64,000 bases of DNA. Origin: Laetmonice hystrix (Eukaryota). How positions within the stretch are numbered: the first letter of the stretch is position 1; each line of letters starts with the position of its first letter. Shown here piece by piece: positions 24,197-64,000 of the stretch. The translations under genes and the position numbers were made by a program. Under the pieces are notes generated by a model. That model had not been told where the DNA came from. It searched no databases and was given only the letters and a program-made list of their open reading frames with translations. The DNA is taken from the NCBI GenBank assembly GCA_965235115.1, contig OZ249436.1, positions 29,142,001 to 29,206,000 of the forward strand, in the 5' to 3' direction.

Positions 24197-26560
24197 TTTT
24201 GGAAAGCAGGTTCCTCGTTGCATGGTTACGGGGGGGGGGGGGGGGGGGGATTTTGCTAAGGAGGACGGGGGTCGGCAGAGTCAATTCAGAGAATTCTTTG
24301 AGGAAAACAAAGAAAAGAATTGTTGCAATGGGGGTAAACCCCCAAACTCCCCACTCCCTGGCTCTTCGCCTGATCTGTGCTGCGTCACATTAGCAAAATA
24401 GGCTATAAATCCCTCAACCTTGGGCGCATGACCTCATTATAGCTACTCCTATTAAGCGGTGTAGTCCTACTGCCTGGTATACATAGGCCTACTATAGGCC
24501 TAAACTAGCAACAACACTTTTAAATATAGAATGCTGCCACTAATTACCTCGGTACTGGAATTTGAGTATCTGAGTATTTGAGTATTTTCGAAATCTGTGG
24601 GCGAAATCGGATATTAATCGACTCGTATATTGTAGGCCAAAATTCCATCATGTGTTTCAGTCGTCATCGGGGATAAAGGGTTCACTACATAGCTAGATTT
24701 ATAACGAGGCATGTCCGGTATCCGCCACATGATGAGAGAGGGGAGGTCCACAACGAATCTGCACTTTTAGCTGTAGCCAATAGTTTAGGCAGAAACATAA
24801 AGAGTATGTAGTGGTGTGCAAGTTTATGCTCATGTTAGCGTTTCACCACGCGGCTGTTTTGGGACACCTCTCTCAATTGTTGTTTCTTTGCCCGCTAACC
24901 ACCAGTGTATTCGATGAGAGTGAGTGGGAAAAGTTGCTCGGTCTGGGCTGCCGTATAGTATTGTATTGTGGTTATTAATTCATGGTAACTTCCCCACGAA
25001 ATTTGTGAGTAGGGGTTAGGGTTAAGGTTAGGGATAGCGATATGTTTTTGGAAGGTCTAGGGACCGGGGTTATGGCTTAGGGATAGTAATAGATAGGCCT
25101 ACTTGGGACCAAAGTTCGCGAGTTTAAAGTTGCCATGAATTATCTACCTGTATTGTATTGGAATTAGGGCCTAACTTGATTCTTAGCTCTTCACTGATGC
25201 CGTATTGTCTATGTAATCATTGCAGATTGTGACCGGTGAGGATTGCACTGGTGACTTTTTTAGTCTTCCTGGAAATAATGACTTGGTGGTGCGTGGTGCA
25301 GCTTCGGTTTGACCGTTCCTCCACTTTGCCGGTTTCTTGCCGGTACAAATCGGCATTTTAAATGCTTAGAGGATCTATATTTAAGCTTATATAGTTAACT
25401 TTGGAAGTCTGTCGATAATGTATTTTAACCGTAATACATACTATACATGTTTAAACTTTCTAAAAATCAAAGTATGACACTGTAGCCTACAGGATTTGAT
25501 AAGGGGGTCCACCTAAACAAAAATGTCCTCGCTACGCTCGGCATGTTTTGATTGTTACTGTACGAATGCATCTTCATAAAAAAAAAAGTGATGTAAGGCG
25601 GAGAAAGAGAAATTCCCGGTTTGTGGTACGCGCGCGCGTCACTTCAGACGGCGCGCATCAGTGCTTTTTTTTCTTGACCTCAGCATGGATGACTGTGTGA
25701 ATTGTGCTGCCACCTAGCGGTAAAGCTTGAAACTAACCATTGTTGTAATGGATTATTTCATTAACACTGCAACGGAATTGTGTTACAAGTATTGAAAGCG
25801 ATGACAGCAAAGGTCATGGTCCTTGTTTATGAGTTCATTTTACGTGATAATTCTTATTAGGCTTACCGTTTTAGCCAGCTGTCGCCCAAATAAAAAAATC
25901 TTTAAAAAAAACAGCATCACCGCAACAGTTTTATAATGTTCTTCGGACCAGAAACCGGGAATCATGCATACGAAGACAAATGGATGTAAAATTTCGACAA
26001 GTGCAGAAAATACTGAAGAATCCTTCTACCTCTTTATATATGACCACATGGTTTTGGGGCAGCAGATCACAGATAATATCGTGTTCTTGACATGAGAATA
26101 ACAACAACAAAAGAGAAAAACGGGCAAAAGACGATCACTTTTCTCAATTCAATGGAAAATATCCGATTTCGCCCACAGATTTCGAAAAGACTCAAATACT
26201 CAGATACTCAAATCCTAGTACCGAGGTAATTAGTGGCAGCATTCTATATTTAAAAGTGTTGTTGCTAGTTTAGGCCTATAGTAGGCCTATATGTGCAGGC
26301 AGTTGGGCTACACCGCTTAATAGGAGTATCTATATGAGGTCATGTGCCCCAGGTTGAGGGATTTATAGCCTATTTTGCTAATGTGACGCAGCACAGATCA
26401 GGCGAAGAGCCAGGGAGTGGGGAGTTTGGGGGTTTACCCCTATTGCAACAGATCTTTCCTTTGTTTTCCTCACAGAATTCTCTGAATTGACTGCCGACCC
26501 CCATCCTCCTTAGCAAAATTTCCCCCCGTAACCATGCAACGAGGAGCCCGCTTTCCAAAA
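24197..26560. repeat. Large inverted repeat: ~400-bp arms (24197-24614 and ~26159-26560) around a ~1.5-kb spacer
   Basis: TTTTGGAAAGCAGGTTCCTCGTTGCATGGTTACGGG...CTGTGGGCGAAATCGGATATT is mirrored on the opposite strand. The ORF track shows near-identical spurious peptides on both strands. Confidence 0.88.
25704..25720 (-). promoter_or_regulatory. CTCF-like motif
   Basis: The minus strand reads CCGCTAGGTGGCAGCAC, a close match to the extended CTCF consensus. Confidence 0.55.
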
Positions 26561-27083
26561 TGATGGATCTGCGCTTGATATGATAATGTTGCCATATAGG
26601 CCTAGGCCTAGATCTCTACAATTAAGGCGGGGCGCGCCTGCAAAATCTGCATCCGAAGCGCTGTTAGGCCCCAAAAAAAGGAAAATTCCCGTTTTTTGGT
26701 CTGAAGAACATTTCAAAAGTGACGCAGTTCTTTCTTTTTTTTAAAGATTTTTTTTGGGGGGTGACAGCTGGCTGGAAAATTATTACAATAGGCCTAGGGG
26801 GCCTACTGTAGGCATGATGCTGTAGGCCTCATTGCATATTGCTCGAAGCCTATTAGACTTTATCCAAGAGATGGGCACTAAAAAGATATTTTCAACGACT
26901 TCGCTGTTTTGTCTGACTCACTCTGCGACACGTTTAAATCTATTATTTTCCTAGGCCTATAGCCTATCCCCATACAGCGCATATTTGGTCTCATCTTCAA
27001 AATCATCACCTTGACGATGTTAGCCGGAGACCCTTGCAACACATTGGCCAGTAGCCTAATTTTTTTCAATGATTTGAATAGGA

Positions 27084-27153
27084 TTTCATTCATTCATTCA
27101 TTCATTCATTCATTCATTCATTCATTCATTCATTCATTCATTCATTCATTCAT
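27084..27153. repeat. (TTCA)n microsatellite
   Basis: About 17 perfect TTCA units. Confidence 0.95.
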
Positions 27154-27679
27154 CGTATAGGCTACAACACAGTTAAAACAAAATTAGATCTACCCCCCCC
27201 CCCCCAAAGACCCGTTAAATTTATCTCCGCCGGTAGGTCACAAGGGCCCAGTTCCTAAACACTTCTCAGATGCTTAAGTTTGGCTGGTCTGCTTTGACCA
27301 GCCAATCAGAAGCGTTACCTTAAGCTGAACCTTAAGCAAGATTTCAAGTTTTTAGGAACTGTGCCCTGTCTTTTAATAGGCCTATTAGGCCCCTATTTGT
27401 AACACATTTTCTTTACGTTTTCAGGGGACCCATTTTCCCGCCAACAAATACAGGCCTAGATGACTACGGCATAAATTGTGCCACATTAATTTGCTGAATT
27501 CCGAAAAACGCGAAGCTAAAGCTGTCCGAGTTTTGTAGTCCTACATACATTTGACTAATTATTGAAATCTTAACTAAAAGGCCGCCGTCCTATCCTCTTG
27601 AATCGGTTCGCGCGGAAACTGTAAAGTCTGGAAACCAAATAATAACCGATCCCTCCAAATATAGGTCAAGCACCTGCTC

Positions 27680-27692
27680 CCACCAGAGGGCG
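27680..27692 (+). promoter_or_regulatory. CTCF-like motif in the GC-richer putative promoter region of the zinc-finger locus
   Basis: CCACCAGAGGGCG matches the CTCF core. Confidence 0.5.
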
Positions 27693-28939
27693 TGCTTGAA
27701 GAGGGAAGCGGCGCTGCTTTGATGGAAGAAGAACGGTCACCAGTCTCCTTAATATTTGACGATTTTACGTCACTGGTACGTATAATTTACTAGATCTGCT
27801 GCTAAGCGACGCCTAACTGACCAGAGATACTGGAGGTATCCAGTTGAGAATTGAAAAACGCAGAAATATGTTTATATCTGCGATTGAAATATGGGCCGGT
27901 TGTGTTCGAGGGGTTTGGGCCTCGCACAATGGCGGCGGAGGGCCGTGCGCAAAGTAATTAACATATTCTATATGCGGGTCCGCCACTTTCGTACTAACGG
28001 TTGGTTCGCTATCCATGGACCGGTTGTGGTCGACCCGAGTTGTATGGTAGCCGGGGCGTTCGCCTAAAACGAAAAGTATAAGGGTGCTGGGTGCTCGACG
28101 TGGTAAGGATAATATAGTTTTTCCAAGGTGTGAGGGGAATTTATACATGTAGCCTAGTCTATATTATGAGCACCGAGATTGCACTCCAAAAATTATGAAC
28201 ATAAATTTGCATGAAATATGTCTGCTGGCCAAGAAAAAAAAAACCCCGCTTTTGGAACGGGTTGGCGGCCATTTGCTCATATATATCGGCATCAATAAGA
28301 CGGATGATGCTATCTTAGTATTTGAAGAAATGTCCGTTATTCTTGGTGACTCTAGTATAGAAGAGGTATACATTTTATAGTACCGTGATTACTGGAGAAT
28401 ATGTGATGTGGAAGTCGCCATAAATAGGCATTAAGACCAGCGTCCTTTGTCATACCAAAATGGCGGGAAGGTGGAGAGGGGACGCGGACCGGGGACGCCA
28501 GTTCCCGCCGGCGTCGGTGAAGTGGCGTTGATACCAATCATGATTCAGATTGCAGACGTGTAGGCCTTTACCGTTTACGGTAATGAAGTATTCCACTGGC
28601 AAGTGTAGTAATACTTAGACAGTCTCTGTTGAACCACGGGTTTATTTTTAGAGCTAATTATTAAAACCCTAGACGGTAGATTTAGTTGCTTCTCCGCTTC
28701 GCTCCTGACTAGTAGTAGGGTTGATTCATTAGCATTTAAACAAATGATGGAAGCAGATTTCGTGGTAGGCTTCCATTTCCGATTTTTAAAAACAGGGTTC
28801 ACAGCCAACCTGGAAAACCTGGAAAATGACTTCGTCTTTTGGTATACAACTTGGTATACATCCCTAACAATTACTTTTAATTATCTATTAAAAAGGGGAG
28901 GAAAGGATGGCTGTGAGGGGAGAAGGGAGGCCATCGTGT

Positions 28940-29116
28940 CAGGGGCGGATCTAGGGTCTATTTTCAGGGGGGGTCCGAGGGGGGTCCAGCATAAAAAGGG
29001 CAGATCGAGGGGGGTCCGTTGTAAATCAATAAGGCATTTTGGTTATAAAAAATTAAATTTGGCTAATCCGAGGGGGGGTCCGGACGTCGCCGACACCCCC
29101 CCTGGATCCGCCACTG
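28940..29116. mobile_element. Short MITE
   Basis: TIRs CAGGGGCGGATCTAGG and CCTGGATCCGCCACTG, with CGTGT on both flanks. Confidence 0.6.
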
Positions 29117-30070
29117 CGTGTTAAACTTACATAATGCATGTTTATGCTTGCAATTACGATTTATTGAAGATGTTTCAAGCAAGAAATAGGTCAGAATGAT
29201 GATCCTAGAATTTTTAACTTCCATCAGAGAAAAGTCAGGGAATTTTTTCCCAATGAAATGCTGGGAACCCTGAAAAAGTAAAAGTATTGCTGTAAGTAAA
29301 GTCTAACATGCAGTTGTTTGCTGGCTTATGTGGGCAGGATGAAAAAAACAATTTTTCTGTGTGTTCTGACTGGCACATATATCGGGAAGTTCGGCAGGAA
29401 TAAAAAAAAAATTTTAAATTCCAATTCTATTTTTTTCTACTTTTGCGGACCCGTAACCCAAACAATCAAAAAGTGTAAGTTATAGCGAAGGAAAGTCATT
29501 CGGAGACCACTTCATACATGATTTAGAACAAAGGACCTGGGTTATTGGTAAGTTAACCAGAAAGTCATGCCCACTTGCCAAGTGCCACTCAGAGTAACTC
29601 TCTCATCTTTGCATAATGCTAAAAAAGTCATAGTCTGCAGTGAAGCAGAGATCTGACTGTGGCTTGACCAGTCTTTAGAAGACCTGGATCAAAGTTGACT
29701 TGACCGGTTGACAAAAAAAGTCGCTGAAGATATTGATTACCACAACTACTGATCAAAATTGATTTTGATTAGCAGTTTGAAGATTTTGATTAGTACAAGG
29801 GCATAGACAAGGGGGGATTACAGGAGCACCAATTAACAAGGACTGACTGTACCATATATTAGCGGTTGTCGCTAATCAAAATTTTCAAAACAAAATGTGT
29901 GCTGTGCACCAAACTCTTTTTACCTGCATTTTAATAAATGATTTTATTGTTATTTTCAGGTGCTAATTGGATGTCTGAGTGACCTTTGCACTTGCCATTT
30001 TTAAGTCGGAAAGAAGTTGGGCAGCAACCATCTGAAGTATTTATATAGTTTTTAAAAAAATCGAGTCAAG

Positions 30071-64000
<33,930 letters not shown>

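Noticed and set aside
25012..25085. Telomere or interstitial telomeric array
   Set aside because: There are only a few degenerate TTAGGG-like units, embedded in a repeat-derived region.

Overview
This is eukaryotic, intron-containing DNA from an animal; the repeat content and protein types suggest a marine invertebrate, probably a lophotrochozoan (inference). The left half holds a decayed CR1/L2-type LINE fragment, two tRNA-derived SINEs with target-site duplications, and several MITEs. It also holds a two-exon stand-alone P2X7-cytoplasmic-tail-like gene next to a Kolobok-type terminus, and a nine-coding-exon FKBP8 (FKBP38) gene. One FKBP8 intron carries an intact, very young BEL/Pao LTR retrotransposon. 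The right half (about 29.9-64 kb) is the main discovery. One 'constant' coding exon (265 codons, with a compact non-BTB N-terminal domain) ends at a phase-0 donor. It is followed by at least 40 tandem, same-strand cassettes. Each cassette opens with a polypyrimidine/AG acceptor in phase 0, and each of the 39 complete ones encodes exactly two C2H2 zinc fingers and then stops. I read this as one gene with 40 or more mutually exclusive DNA-binding 3' exons, the architecture of Drosophila lola/mod(mdg4) but built on a different N-terminal module. The array runs off the right edge of the window. All exon structures were inferred by eye from splice signals and reading frame; no transcript or database evidence was available.
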